IMG/VR virus record: IMGVR_UViG_2939177367_000003
Coordinates: 1 to 41,062 of that record
Direction: 5' to 3' (one strand)
Origin: a virus
Lineage: Duplodnaviria > Heunggongvirae > Uroviricota > Caudoviricetes
Length of the DNA: 41,062 nucleotides
Part shown: in pieces, positions 11,073-20,646 of the stretch
How the letters are laid out: every line of letters starts with the position of its first letter
Numbering within the stretch: position 1 is the first letter of the stretch
Position numbers and translations under genes: made by a program
The notes under the pieces: model-generated
Told to the model about the DNA's origin: nothing
Databases searched by the model: none
What the model saw: only the letters and a program-made list of their open reading frames with translations

Positions 11073-12439
11073 TGCACTGGCACCTTCAGAGGGATCACCG
11101 GCACAAAGCCGGGATGCGTAATGGCATTACGCCGGATAATGTCCCCGTCACGCGCCGCGTTATCAAACCAGGTCGCCGCCAGCACCAGCGCGGGTAAAAC
11201 CTCATCCGGCGTGCGCTGAATGATCCGTGCAGACTGTTCAAGGCGCGTGTTGATATCCGCATTCAGATCTGCTTTCACCCGGCGCAGCGCCAGAAACAGC
11301 GCATCACTGGTTGTACGGGACAACTCCTTATCAATTGCCGTATTCAGTGTGTCGCGAATGTCAGTCAGTTCTTCCCACGTTGGCAGGTCAACCGTGCTTT
11401 TCACCGCCGGTGCATTGTTCAGTGCCGGATGCGTGACGGAAGGCCAGCCAGTGCTCTGCGCGGGTGTTGTTGCCTGCCCCACTGCGGCATTCTTCATCAC
11501 CGCGGAAGTTGTTGGCGCAGGCAATCGGGTGACGGCATACGCCGCTTCGCTGATTGCGGTCGTACGAAGGATGCTGGCAACCACGTTACGCTGCTGTGTC
11601 GCCGTGGCGGTGGTTTTACTGTCCGTTTTCCAGACGCCGCGCGGTTGCAGATCGCTGCCAAGGCTGACACCGGAAAGCGTTTTGATCATGGTGACCAGGT
11701 CGCTGGCGTTACCATAAAGGCGTTTCCCGGTACGCCACATTTTCTGCACCTGCTCAACGAAATTTTTGCCTGACGATGGCGGCGGCAGAAGTACCGAGAT
11801 ATCCCCCTGCAACAGCCTGGCGGCATCCGATACGGCAGAATCCACCACTTTCATCGCATCAGAAACATACCCCAGCATTGTGCTGGCATTACCGACGACG
11901 TCGTTCTGCACAAAATCCGCCACGCCATCGATACTGAAACCTCTGAAACTGTCACTGATGCAGTCATCCAGTGCAGAACAGGATGACATCAGCGTCTGCG
12001 CCGTCGCCGCACCTGATGTGGGGTAAGAGAGCTCTCCTGCTTCGACAAACTTCAGGTCAAAGCGGACAATACGTCCTTCACTTTTCGATGTGCTGACCCG
12101 AACTTCCCCGTCAACACAGACTTTCAACTCACCGTATGTCGGATGGACAAGCGTGCCGGGACCGGGTTTATTCAGCGCGTCAATCAGGCGATCGCGCTGG
12201 TCAAAGCAGTCATCTCCCACCACATAAGCCGTGATGGACGGGCGGAAAGTGATTTTCCCCAGGTCTTCGGTATAGGGTTTGTCGCGGTTCGGGTATTCGT
12301 GCGTTTCCACACGACGGCCAGTTCCCGCACTTTCTTCTTCAACCTTAAACGGCACACCGCGAAATGACGCGTCCTGAAGTCTGTCTTTCCACGTCATATA
12401 AACTCCGTACATAAAAAATCCCACCGGAGTGGGACTCAT
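11069..12439 (-). CDS. DNA circularisation protein N-like (Mu gp43-like)
   Basis: 456 aa; directly downstream of tape measure gene. Confidence 0.5.
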   Translation of the reverse strand: MSPTPVGFFMYGVYMTWKDRLQDASFRGVPFKVEEESAGTGRRVETHEYPNRDKPYTEDLGKITFRPSITAYVVGDDCFDQRDRLIDALNKPGPGTLVHPTYGELKVCVDGEVRVSTSKSEGRIVRFDLKFVEAGELSYPTSGAATAQTLMSSCSALDDCISDSFRGFSIDGVADFVQNDVVGNASTMLGYVSDAMKVVDSAVSDAARLLQGDISVLLPPPSSGKNFVEQVQKMWRTGKRLYGNASDLVTMIKTLSGVSLGSDLQPRGVWKTDSKTTATATQQRNVVASILRTTAISEAAYAVTRLPAPTTSAVMKNAAVGQATTPAQSTGWPSVTHPALNNAPAVKSTVDLPTWEELTDIRDTLNTAIDKELSRTTSDALFLALRRVKADLNADINTRLEQSARIIQRTPDEVLPALVLAATWFDNAARDGDIIRRNAITHPGFVPVIPLKVPVQ

Positions 12440-12457
12440 TAACAGATTAATTTTTCA

Positions 12458-14293
12458 TTACCTGCCAAAGCGCGTATAGCCAACATCATGGCTGACATCA
12501 AAACCGCTGGATCGCGTTTCCATAACCCGCATACCCGGAGGCGAATTCACAAAAGAGACCTTGATCTCACCATCAACTTTTGGCGCAGAAGCTTTGTTAA
12601 TCATGAAGGGATTCGGGCCTGTGGCATCGGAGGCGTTGTTTGACTGAGCCAGATCTACCGCCGGATAAGGTGTGTATCCCCGCGCCGGTATTCCCGTCCC
12701 ATAAGCATCATAAGCACCCGCGCCCCACTGCGCAGAGTTAATGGCATCGACCGTGTCACCGGAACTGTCGGTAAACCACTCAATAATTGGCTTCAGCTTG
12801 TCCCACATATCCTGAAACCACTTAACAACCGGCCCCCAGTTATTGATCACCATCCCCAGCGGCGACCAGGCAAAAACTTTCTTAAGGAGTTCCCAGCCAG
12901 CCTCAAAATAAGGACCAATGGTTTCCCAGAGTTTCTTAAAATAAGGTCCGACAACATCCCAGTTAGTGATAATTAATCCCGCAGCCAGGGCTATCGCCGT
13001 CGCAATCATGCCAATCGGCGTCATCGACATGATCCTGCTGACAATACTGATGGCACCGCCAACGCCCATCAATCCCAGTTTCAGAATCGCAAGACCGGCA
13101 GCAAGCCCGACGACGCCGCGAATAACCCGGGGATTTTCATCCGCAAACTTCGTGAATTTCTCCCCCAACTCCCCCAGCCATTGCGTGATATTTTTAGCGT
13201 CACCAGAAAATGCACCGCCAATAGCCGCAAGGCCGTTAGTTGCGGTCCCTGTCATTGCCTCCCACAGGTTGGACAGCGTACCAAGCTGTGCCTGAACACG
13301 TTTATTCAGGCTGGCCTGTTTATTCATCTTCTGCTGGATCTGATCGTAACCATCCTTTCCTTTATCAATCAGAGCATTGACCACCTGAAGGGTTTCAGCA
13401 TCATCACCAAATATTGCCTTAAGTACACCAGTTCGTTTAACGTCGGTCAGTTTTCGCAGCTTTGCCAGTTGCCTGAACATGTTATCAAGACCGCCAAAAC
13501 TCCCTTTGCCGTCAGTAAAATCGAGCTGTACCCCGAGTTTCTGGCGGGCCATGACTTTATTGACGTCCCTGATTTTCTTAACGCTTAATCCGGACTGGAT
13601 AACTTTTCGCAGGGCGTTACCTGCCGACTCCCCGTTCATCCCCATCTGATCCATCATGACGCTGATGGGGGCAAGGCTCTGTGCAGCCTGAAGACCGTCC
13701 TTGTTCACCATCTTCAGAACAGAACTGGTTTTAGTGAAGAAGGACAACATGTTGGTATCGTCAACGCCCAGATAAAACGCCTTCTGGATAGTATCGAACA
13801 GCCCCATCATGTCTTCTGACGCCGTTCCGGTAGCATCCTGCATCTTTGCAGCAAACTCAGCAGCCGCTTCCGGTGTTTTTTTCAGTTGTACCGCAAGATA
13901 AGCTGTCGCTTTACCCACACCACCCAGAATGTTTTCTGCCGGGATCCCCTGACGCACCAGCATCTGCATCATGTTCTGGAAATCAGCCGTTGTACCGGGT
14001 AGCTGGTTACCCAGGCCAATAGCCAGTTTATTGATGTCCTGAAAGCTCTTTCCAACCTCGCCGTTCGCATCCATCATGGCGACTTTCAGCCCGGTGGCGG
14101 CGTTTTCCTGATCGGCATAAGATTTCAGGGAAAGCGTCAGACCCGCTGCCAGTCCGCCACCAAGCGCCAGCCCACCCTGTGACGCTTCTTCCGCCTGGCG
14201 TTTAAATCCCCGGATTTTCTTTTGCATTTTCGACAGCGCGGGAGAAAGCCTGTCGACACCGGTGATCAACGCCTTAAGCTCAAATTCAGCCAT
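12458..14293 (-). CDS. Tail tape measure protein
   Basis: 611 aa, Ala/Gly-rich with hydrophobic C-terminal region; located after tube and chaperone genes. Confidence 0.75.
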   Translation of the reverse strand: MAEFELKALITGVDRLSPALSKMQKKIRGFKRQAEEASQGGLALGGGLAAGLTLSLKSYADQENAATGLKVAMMDANGEVGKSFQDINKLAIGLGNQLPGTTADFQNMMQMLVRQGIPAENILGGVGKATAYLAVQLKKTPEAAAEFAAKMQDATGTASEDMMGLFDTIQKAFYLGVDDTNMLSFFTKTSSVLKMVNKDGLQAAQSLAPISVMMDQMGMNGESAGNALRKVIQSGLSVKKIRDVNKVMARQKLGVQLDFTDGKGSFGGLDNMFRQLAKLRKLTDVKRTGVLKAIFGDDAETLQVVNALIDKGKDGYDQIQQKMNKQASLNKRVQAQLGTLSNLWEAMTGTATNGLAAIGGAFSGDAKNITQWLGELGEKFTKFADENPRVIRGVVGLAAGLAILKLGLMGVGGAISIVSRIMSMTPIGMIATAIALAAGLIITNWDVVGPYFKKLWETIGPYFEAGWELLKKVFAWSPLGMVINNWGPVVKWFQDMWDKLKPIIEWFTDSSGDTVDAINSAQWGAGAYDAYGTGIPARGYTPYPAVDLAQSNNASDATGPNPFMINKASAPKVDGEIKVSFVNSPPGMRVMETRSSGFDVSHDVGYTRFGR

Positions 14294-14468
14294 GTGTGCG
14301 TTTCTCCTGCTCTATCCTGTTTGCCTGACTGACCAGTAAGGGAATTTCACTGATCGGCATATTCAGCAATTCGAAAGGATTAATGCGCCAGTAGCTGGCG
14401 CAGTCAAAGAAGCGATCAGTGAGGTATTCAGCCGTCAGGCCTGGAGGAAAAAACCAGCCACAAGCCAC
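14286..14468 (-). CDS. Tail assembly chaperone -1 frameshift extension (P2 E'-like)
   Basis: Overlaps the 3' end of the chaperone ORF in the -1 frame; slippery T_TTT_TTC at 14447-14453 (minus strand); translation DRFFDCASYWRINPFELLNMPISEIPLLVSQANRIEQE. Confidence 0.55.
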   Translation of the reverse strand: MACGWFFPPGLTAEYLTDRFFDCASYWRINPFELLNMPISEIPLLVSQANRIEQEKRTHG

Positions 14469-14704
14469 GCCGCTGCATTCAGGTCTGCCGGAGACATCTG
14501 GTCGACAGAGCTTTGCGGCACTTTCGCCAGCCGCACAATGTATTTCGACACCACATGCGCCAGAAGTCTGACGGACTCATCCTGATTCATCTGGTAGGGA
14601 TACCCAAGCTCGCGGACATCCTTCCCGGTGGGTTCATCAAACTCCAGTACGGAGAGTGTCTCGCCATGAGCGATAATCGGTTTCTTTAACTCAAGCTCTT
14701 TCAT
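14435..14704 (-). CDS. Tail assembly chaperone (Mu gp41 / P2 gpE-like)
   Basis: 89 aa between tube and tape measure genes; ends ...AGFFLQA across the slippery run. Confidence 0.6.
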   Translation of the reverse strand: MKELELKKPIIAHGETLSVLEFDEPTGKDVRELGYPYQMNQDESVRLLAHVVSKYIVRLAKVPQSSVDQMSPADLNAAAWLVAGFFLQA

Positions 14705-15060
14705 TACTGGTAATCCCCTTCTTCACCGTGGAACTCAAGATCAACCGTGCCTTCTTCGGCATTATGGTTCGCTTCGCCGTGCAGCCAGGCAGACGACAGT
14801 ACATAGACCTGACCGTTCGCCAGCTCGGCAGTGATGGTCATCTCATCAGACGAGGTGATTTTGCTCACCGGAAAATTCTTCGGCACCTTGAAGGTCCCTT
14901 TGACATAAGGCGCACGGTGAGTTTCCTTGCGGTCCACTGAACCGTCCAGGCCGATGATGTCATCATTGACCGTCCTGTTCATGGGCACCTCAATGCCGCC
15001 GGTCAGCGATAGCTGCTGACCGTCAATTTTGAAATAACAGGTTCCCCCGATACGGGCCAT
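14704..15060 (-). CDS. Tail tube protein (Mu gp40-like)
   Basis: 118 aa immediately downstream of sheath gene. Confidence 0.6.
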   Translation of the reverse strand: MARIGGTCYFKIDGQQLSLTGGIEVPMNRTVNDDIIGLDGSVDRKETHRAPYVKGTFKVPKNFPVSKITSSDEMTITAELANGQVYVLSSAWLHGEANHNAEEGTVDLEFHGEEGDYQ

Positions 15061-16556
15061 TATGCAGACTCCTCTGAATACTGAAGACGGAACTGGTTAA
15101 CCACGGCAAAAACACGCAACTGGTTAACATAGTCAGGCGGGAACAGCGTGTTCAGGCGGTTCGGATCGCTGGCATCACGCTCAACAACCAGGTACTGCTT
15201 AAACAGTTCGTAGTTTTCCACGATCCCCGCACGCTCAAGCTGACGGTAGGTTGCCAGCAGTTCCCCTTTGATTACCGCCGGGGTGACAATCGCCTGACCG
15301 GGACCAAAGCGGGTACCGTCGCTGGCAAGCTTGTGACGCCCGTACTTACTGGTAATGACGGATTTCAGTTTGCGCAGTACATACGCACTGGTATGCAGCG
15401 TCTCGCTGTCGAGGTAGCTGTTATCCGCAACCCCGTAAGCATTTTTCCTGTACGTGGTGACATCACGCTGAATGCGCAGCCCCCCGCTTTCGACATACGC
15501 CGTTGCCACGCCATGAGACAGCAGGGTCTGCTGCTCGGTCATCGTGAACCGTTTCCCCTTCGGCGCAGGCAGCATACCCACCAGCTCACCGGTCTGCGTG
15601 GGACGTGCCGGATCGTTGCGGATAAACACCGCTGCGCGGGCGGTACGGCTTGCCGCCAGCTCGTCGGCAGGCGTCTGGGTCTCTTTTTCGTACCCCGCCA
15701 GGGTGATGTGCTGCTGGTTAAACTGGTCACCTGCGTTCACCAGTTCTGACAGTGTGCCGGTCTTTGCCGTATACACATGACCATACAGCTGACGCGCATA
15801 GCTCCAGCGACCGCTGGTATCGTTCATCTCGGTCACCAGCGTGTTAACGGAGGCCGTGTCGTTGAACGGCAGGCCGATATAATCAAACGGCTCATCCGCC
15901 ATTGCAGCCACCGCGCCGGTGAGAACAGGAGAGCCCGTTCCGGCGGTCCCCGTCGCCACGGCAATCTGTACGCCCGCAGGCAGCACTTCGCCCCCACCAA
16001 AGCCGTAGTAATTGAGGCTGACAGGAATTTCATTCCCGCAAAGCCCCTTATGACGCGCGGTCAGTGTGACCACGCCTGCCGAAGATGAAGCCGTAAACGG
16101 CAGGGCCGGAACGGCATTGATGGCATCTTTGATACTGCTGGCAATCGTCGTGACGTTATCGCCGTTGGTCACCGGAGCCTGCACGCGGGTACGTCCCACA
16201 TAGACATTCACCGTGCCGGTTTCGGTTGCCTCCCCGGTCACCGTCAGCGTAACCGTTGCCGCCGCGCCTGTGGATTCAGGAACGGCAATCACATACAGCT
16301 CGCCAAACGGGTCGGTCTGGCGATAAGCCTCGACCATACGCGCCAGCTGACTTCCCGCACCACAAATCTGGCGTGCATAGTCTGCCGACGGCATCAGTAC
16401 CAGACTGTTGGCAACAATCTCTGCACCGTTATTGGCATGACCAATCAGCAGCGATGCTCCGCTGTCCTGTGCAGTATTCGCCGCCTGGTTATCCATTTCC
16501 GCATAAAACAGCGGAACCAGCGTATTCGACGGAATGGTGTTAAAGCTTATCGTCAT
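15060..16556 (-). CDS. Contractile tail sheath protein (Mu gp39-like)
   Basis: 498 aa; position upstream of tube gene. Confidence 0.7.
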   Translation of the reverse strand: MTISFNTIPSNTLVPLFYAEMDNQAANTAQDSGASLLIGHANNGAEIVANSLVLMPSADYARQICGAGSQLARMVEAYRQTDPFGELYVIAVPESTGAAATVTLTVTGEATETGTVNVYVGRTRVQAPVTNGDNVTTIASSIKDAINAVPALPFTASSSAGVVTLTARHKGLCGNEIPVSLNYYGFGGGEVLPAGVQIAVATGTAGTGSPVLTGAVAAMADEPFDYIGLPFNDTASVNTLVTEMNDTSGRWSYARQLYGHVYTAKTGTLSELVNAGDQFNQQHITLAGYEKETQTPADELAASRTARAAVFIRNDPARPTQTGELVGMLPAPKGKRFTMTEQQTLLSHGVATAYVESGGLRIQRDVTTYRKNAYGVADNSYLDSETLHTSAYVLRKLKSVITSKYGRHKLASDGTRFGPGQAIVTPAVIKGELLATYRQLERAGIVENYELFKQYLVVERDASDPNRLNTLFPPDYVNQLRVFAVVNQFRLQYSEESA

Positions 16557-16710
16557 CGGTGTTCACCTTTTTATTCACGCGCCGGATATCACCCGCTGCT
16601 TCACGGCGCAGCCAGTAGTTGTTCTCGTCAACATTTCGCCCTTCGGCGGGCAAAAGGTCGCCGCGGGCAGGGTCAGGAACTGACCGCCCTTTAACAGGTT
16701 TGACAAACAT
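16540..16710 (-). CDS. Small protein preceding sheath gene (Mu gp38-like), 56 aa
   Basis: Short ORF MFVKPVKGRSVPDPARGDLLPAEGRNVDENNYW... overlapping the sheath start; not in the supplied ORF track (below length cutoff). Confidence 0.3.
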   Translation of the reverse strand: MFVKPVKGRSVPDPARGDLLPAEGRNVDENNYWLRREAAGDIRRVNKKVNTDDDKL

Positions 16711-16718
16711 GAAGATTC

Positions 16719-17279
16719 TCAGGTAGGAAGGGTTATTTCGGTGTGATGTTCGATATCGCCGTCAGGCCCGTTACCGGGATCGAGATAATCAACATCAATC
16801 GCCAGCGTTCGCAGTTCATCCAGACTGTTCAGGTCATCCTGCTGGCGGGTATCGTCTTCGGTCAGCTCGCTGATGACCGAAAAATCGAACTGATAAATCA
16901 GCTCATGACGATTCAGATCCAGCAGCGTGCCGCCGTCATAGGTAATCGGGTTACCGCACGCCTCCGGGTTCCAGCCCAGCAGAGCCTTAAAGAGCATCTG
17001 CCGGACATCGTCCACCACATCATACGAGGCAAACTGACCGCGCTCATCACGCCCGTTACTCAGTATGACAACCACGGAGAAACCCTCTTTCAGCTCCTGC
17101 CAGTAGTCGGTCTGGCTTTTGTTTTCTCCCGGAGAATCATCACCCGGTACCACATACGCCGCCGGGAGTCTCAGCTTTCCGACCTCCGGCAGATTTTTGA
17201 ACTGTGCCGCGCCTGCCACCCGGTTTTCAAAATACGGACAGCGGGCACGCAGTGCAGCAATAACGGGCGTCAGTTTCAT
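16719..17279 (-). CDS. Tail completion / neck protein (Mu gp37-like)
   Basis: 186 aa; synteny only. Confidence 0.35.
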   Translation of the reverse strand: MKLTPVIAALRARCPYFENRVAGAAQFKNLPEVGKLRLPAAYVVPGDDSPGENKSQTDYWQELKEGFSVVVILSNGRDERGQFASYDVVDDVRQMLFKALLGWNPEACGNPITYDGGTLLDLNRHELIYQFDFSVISELTEDDTRQQDDLNSLDELRTLAIDVDYLDPGNGPDGDIEHHTEITLPT

Positions 17280-17782
17280 CTGTGTCGTCGCTCCGGCTTC
17301 AGTGATTTACGCAATTCCCGCGCCAGAAAATAGCGTGTCCAGCTGCGGTTCTTTTCAAGAGTTTCCACCATGAAGTTATTACGTGGAGCCAGTCGCCAGC
17401 CGCTGCCACCGGATGCACCACGATGATGGCCGCGACGACGCTTTGCCCCTCGCCTCACGCCATAGAACAAAAAAGCCGGATAAAAATCACCGGTGATACG
17501 GCGGTTTCCCTCTCCATTACGCTGGTTAGGGGCTATACGTGCCATAAAACCAGGGCGATGTTTACTGGCTCTGGGTACCATGTAACCAATTGAACGAGCC
17601 AGGCGTCCGGTCTGATAACCGGGGTTTTCACCCGGTGCCGACCGCGCACGGCGCATCACCAGCCGACGGGCATCACGCATATGACGCTGACCAATCGTGA
17701 CAAACGCCCGCCGGACACGGGCGCGGTTAAAGCGCATCTCCGCGGGCTGCTGAAAATCAACGTGCAAAAAGGAAGTCGTCAT
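17276..17782 (-). CDS. Head-tail joining / virion morphogenesis protein
   Basis: 168 aa, Arg-rich; synteny only. Confidence 0.35.
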   Translation of the reverse strand: MTTSFLHVDFQQPAEMRFNRARVRRAFVTIGQRHMRDARRLVMRRARSAPGENPGYQTGRLARSIGYMVPRASKHRPGFMARIAPNQRNGEGNRRITGDFYPAFLFYGVRRGAKRRRGHHRGASGGSGWRLAPRNNFMVETLEKNRSWTRYFLARELRKSLKPERRHR

Positions 17783-18167
17783 TGTTGCCTCCGTGACTCT
17801 GCCTACATTCGCCCAGCTCCGTACACTCCAGCAGCAGAAAGCGCCGCGCCCCGTTCAGATCGCGCTGACGTTTCACCCGGTACACACTGTCACCGCAGAC
17901 CACCTCATAATCAGCGGTGATCCCCCGGCGGTAACGAATGGTGATGTAATGGGTGATGGCGTCCCCGGTCTGCGCGGTTTCCTGCCAGGTGGTGGCACTG
18001 GTCTGGATAACCTTCGCCCATGTCCGGAACGTAACCGGGTATTGAGGCTCCACGCCAAAGTTATCCGCGGGCATATCCACCCGCTGGCGGATCAGGACGC
18101 GTTTATTCAGTTCACCGGGGTCCGGCAGAATGTAGGTTGCGCTGGTCTGCGCCTGACGAATTTTCAT
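17757..18167 (-). CDS. Head-tail adaptor protein
   Basis: 136 aa; synteny only. Confidence 0.4.
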   Translation of the reverse strand: MKIRQAQTSATYILPDPGELNKRVLIRQRVDMPADNFGVEPQYPVTFRTWAKVIQTSATTWQETAQTGDAITHYITIRYRRGITADYEVVCGDSVYRVKRQRDLNGARRFLLLECTELGECRQSHGGNNDDFLFAR

Positions 18168-18487
18168 TGCGGGAAATACCTGTACGGGCCGACAAGCCAG
18201 TTAAAGCTCATTGGCAACTCCATTTTCTCAACGTCTGTAACCGACGAGCGATTTTCGTAAAAATGGCTGATAAGCATCAGCATCCCCAGACGAATATCAT
18301 CCGGCAGGTGCAGCCCGTCCGGATCGCTGTCCGGAATGGTTTCATCCGGAGCATAGAGCTTCCGGTTCAGATACGTTTCCGTCCGCTTTTGCGCCGCACA
18401 GGCCAGCAGTTGCAGATGGCGGTCATCAGCATCGAAATCCTCATCCAGCCGGAGTTGGGCTTTAATCTCTTCCATTGTCAGAAGCAT
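18164..18487 (-). CDS. Head-tail connector protein (gp6-like)
   Basis: 107 aa acidic protein downstream of major capsid gene. Confidence 0.45.
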   Translation of the reverse strand: MLLTMEEIKAQLRLDEDFDADDRHLQLLACAAQKRTETYLNRKLYAPDETIPDSDPDGLHLPDDIRLGMLMLISHFYENRSSVTDVEKMELPMSFNWLVGPYRYFPQ

Positions 18488-18489
18488 AC

Positions 18490-18690
18490 TCAGCCCTCTT
18501 TACTGGTCGTGGCTTTTTTCTCTTTTGTCGCTTTACTGCTTTTTGCACTGGTTCCGCGCTCTGCTAACCCGGCCTGAAGTGCAATCTCCTGCACCCGGGC
18601 AGGAAGCGCCCCGTCGTCATACTCACCGGCCCGAATGACCTCAACACGCATACCGTCCGGTGACCATTTCAGATCTTGTTTCAGGATCAT
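18490..18690 (-). CDS. Small head-associated protein, unknown function
   Basis: 66 aa ORF between capsid and connector genes; Lys/Ser-rich C-terminus. Confidence 0.3.
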   Translation of the reverse strand: MILKQDLKWSPDGMRVEVIRAGEYDDGALPARVQEIALQAGLAERGTSAKSSKATKEKKATTSKEG

Positions 18691-18739
18691 GATTCTTCAC
18701 CCGTCAGAACAGGGGGCGCGGTTCCGCGCCCCTGAGTGA

Positions 18740-19945
18740 TTACGCCGCTGCAATCTTCAGCAGTTTGATGGCCTGCGAATCGACCAGCATGCCGCCGGTG
18801 CGCTTGGTGGTATAAAAACCGACAAACGGTTTATTGGTGTACGGATCGCGAAGAATGCGGGTACCGATACGGTCAACGATGGTGTAACCCCGTTTGAAGT
18901 TACCAAATGCAATGGCTTTCGCATCCGCGGCAATATCCGGCATCTGCTCGTTTTCAGCGATACCGTAACCCGCCAGAGAGGATGGCTGCCCCAGTTCCAG
19001 CCCAGGACGCCACAGATAGTTACCCTCGGTGTCTTTCAGCAGACGGATGGCAAACAGGCTGTTGTTGTTCATCATGAACTTCGCGCCAGTGCGGTGTGCC
19101 TTACGCAGCGTGTAAATCAGTTTGATAATGGCGTCTGCGGTCACCGCGGTCGCTTCGCCGGATACAATATGCTGAAGTTTGCCGAACGCCCGGACCTTGT
19201 CGGTTTCATCAGTGGATTCATACGCCAGGAACCCTTTCGGCTTCTTGGTGCCATCGCCTGAGGTAAAGGCAATTTCTTCCTGTTCGGCAAATTCGGTTGC
19301 CAGCTCGCTGTTGATCCAAGCCTCCACGTTGAAGAAGGCATCGTCCAGCATTTTCTGGGTAGCCTGCGGGTTGCCGTAAATTTCCCCCATGAGAGGTTCA
19401 ATCAGCTCCAGTCTGGAGGTGGCAGTCTGGGATCGCGTATCCGTTTCCCCCACCCATCCGGAAGCCGTACCGCCCAGATTCACCAGTTTTTTGTAGTCGG
19501 AACCGCCAACGGTGATCACCGTGGCTTCCTGACGCATCACCACTTCATCTTTCAGCAGGTTAAGAATGTTGCGATCCAGTTCTTCCGGCACGGCGTAGCC
19601 ACCGTCTTCATCGGTACCCACCTGCAATGCCTTACGCTCCAGATCGCGCAGACCGTCTTCACGGCCTTTACGCAGGAAGCCCACAAACGCCTCTTTATGC
19701 TCGGTGGCCAGTTTATTTTGCGCACCACCTGCCGGACGTTTCAGCTCAAGCAGCTCTTTTTCAAGGTCGCTTTTGAGATTTTCCAGCTCGCTGAGTTTCC
19801 CGTTCAGGGTTTCCACCTGCCCGGCAAGCTTGCCTTTTTCCTGCTCAATCGCATCCACGCGCTTGTCGTTCTTTGCTTTGAAGTCGTCAAACTTCTGCTG
19901 CAGCTCCTGCGCGACCTGTTCGACATCTTTAATATCAACCGCCAT
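18740..19945 (-). CDS. Major capsid protein (HK97-fold)
   Basis: 401 aa with N-terminal coiled-coil scaffolding-like segment; directly after prohead protease. Confidence 0.75.
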   Translation of the reverse strand: MAVDIKDVEQVAQELQQKFDDFKAKNDKRVDAIEQEKGKLAGQVETLNGKLSELENLKSDLEKELLELKRPAGGAQNKLATEHKEAFVGFLRKGREDGLRDLERKALQVGTDEDGGYAVPEELDRNILNLLKDEVVMRQEATVITVGGSDYKKLVNLGGTASGWVGETDTRSQTATSRLELIEPLMGEIYGNPQATQKMLDDAFFNVEAWINSELATEFAEQEEIAFTSGDGTKKPKGFLAYESTDETDKVRAFGKLQHIVSGEATAVTADAIIKLIYTLRKAHRTGAKFMMNNNSLFAIRLLKDTEGNYLWRPGLELGQPSSLAGYGIAENEQMPDIAADAKAIAFGNFKRGYTIVDRIGTRILRDPYTNKPFVGFYTTKRTGGMLVDSQAIKLLKIAAA

Positions 19946-19959
19946 CGTATTTCTCCTGA

Positions 19960-20646
19960 TTAGAAGTTCAGATTTTTCAGTGCATTCAGTGCAGAGCCCA
20001 CATCCTCAGCGTCGCGCAGGGACAGTGCGCCATAGCCCCCGGCCATGAATGCTTTGGCCTGGGTACGGGAGAGTCCGACATCACGCAGGACTCTTTCGAT
20101 TTTTTTCTGTTCGGGGATTTCCCCGCGGGCCAGTGCGTTCTTGACGTCGCTGATCCGCGCCTCGTCGTTAGACGGGAACGTCACCAGGCTGACTTCCCAG
20201 AGGTCGATTTCTTTCAGCAGAAAGGCTTCTTTGCTCCGGTCGTATTCCCAGTCTTTCAGGACGTACCCAATAGAAAGGCCGGTTAACGAACCGGCCTTCA
20301 TGTGTGCATGTGCGCGTTTTGCGAGGGGATCATCATCAATAAGCAACCGTCCCCTGACGTAAAGCCCGACATCGTCTTCCTTCATTTCGGTGTAAACACC
20401 GATGGGTTCATCCATGCGGTGCTGCCAGAGCAGCGCAGGTAACGCTTTTCTGTCACTCCACGCCCGCAGGGAAGCAGCAAATGCCCCGGACATCACCACA
20501 TCATCGTGGCTGTCCTTTACACCAAAGACGGAGCCATACCCTTCAAACTCACCGGAGTCACTGACAGATTTCAGACTCAGCGGTACATCAAGACGTTGTT
20601 TCGTCTGCATTGGCGTTATCCTTCTGCTTACCGGCTTTACTGCCAT
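19960..20646 (-). CDS. Prohead maturation protease (HK97 family)
   Basis: 228 aa; GYGSVFGVKDSHDDVV...VSLVTFPSNDEARI pattern; between portal and capsid. Confidence 0.75.
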   Translation of the reverse strand: MAVKPVSRRITPMQTKQRLDVPLSLKSVSDSGEFEGYGSVFGVKDSHDDVVMSGAFAASLRAWSDRKALPALLWQHRMDEPIGVYTEMKEDDVGLYVRGRLLIDDDPLAKRAHAHMKAGSLTGLSIGYVLKDWEYDRSKEAFLLKEIDLWEVSLVTFPSNDEARISDVKNALARGEIPEQKKIERVLRDVGLSRTQAKAFMAGGYGALSLRDAEDVGSALNALKNLNF

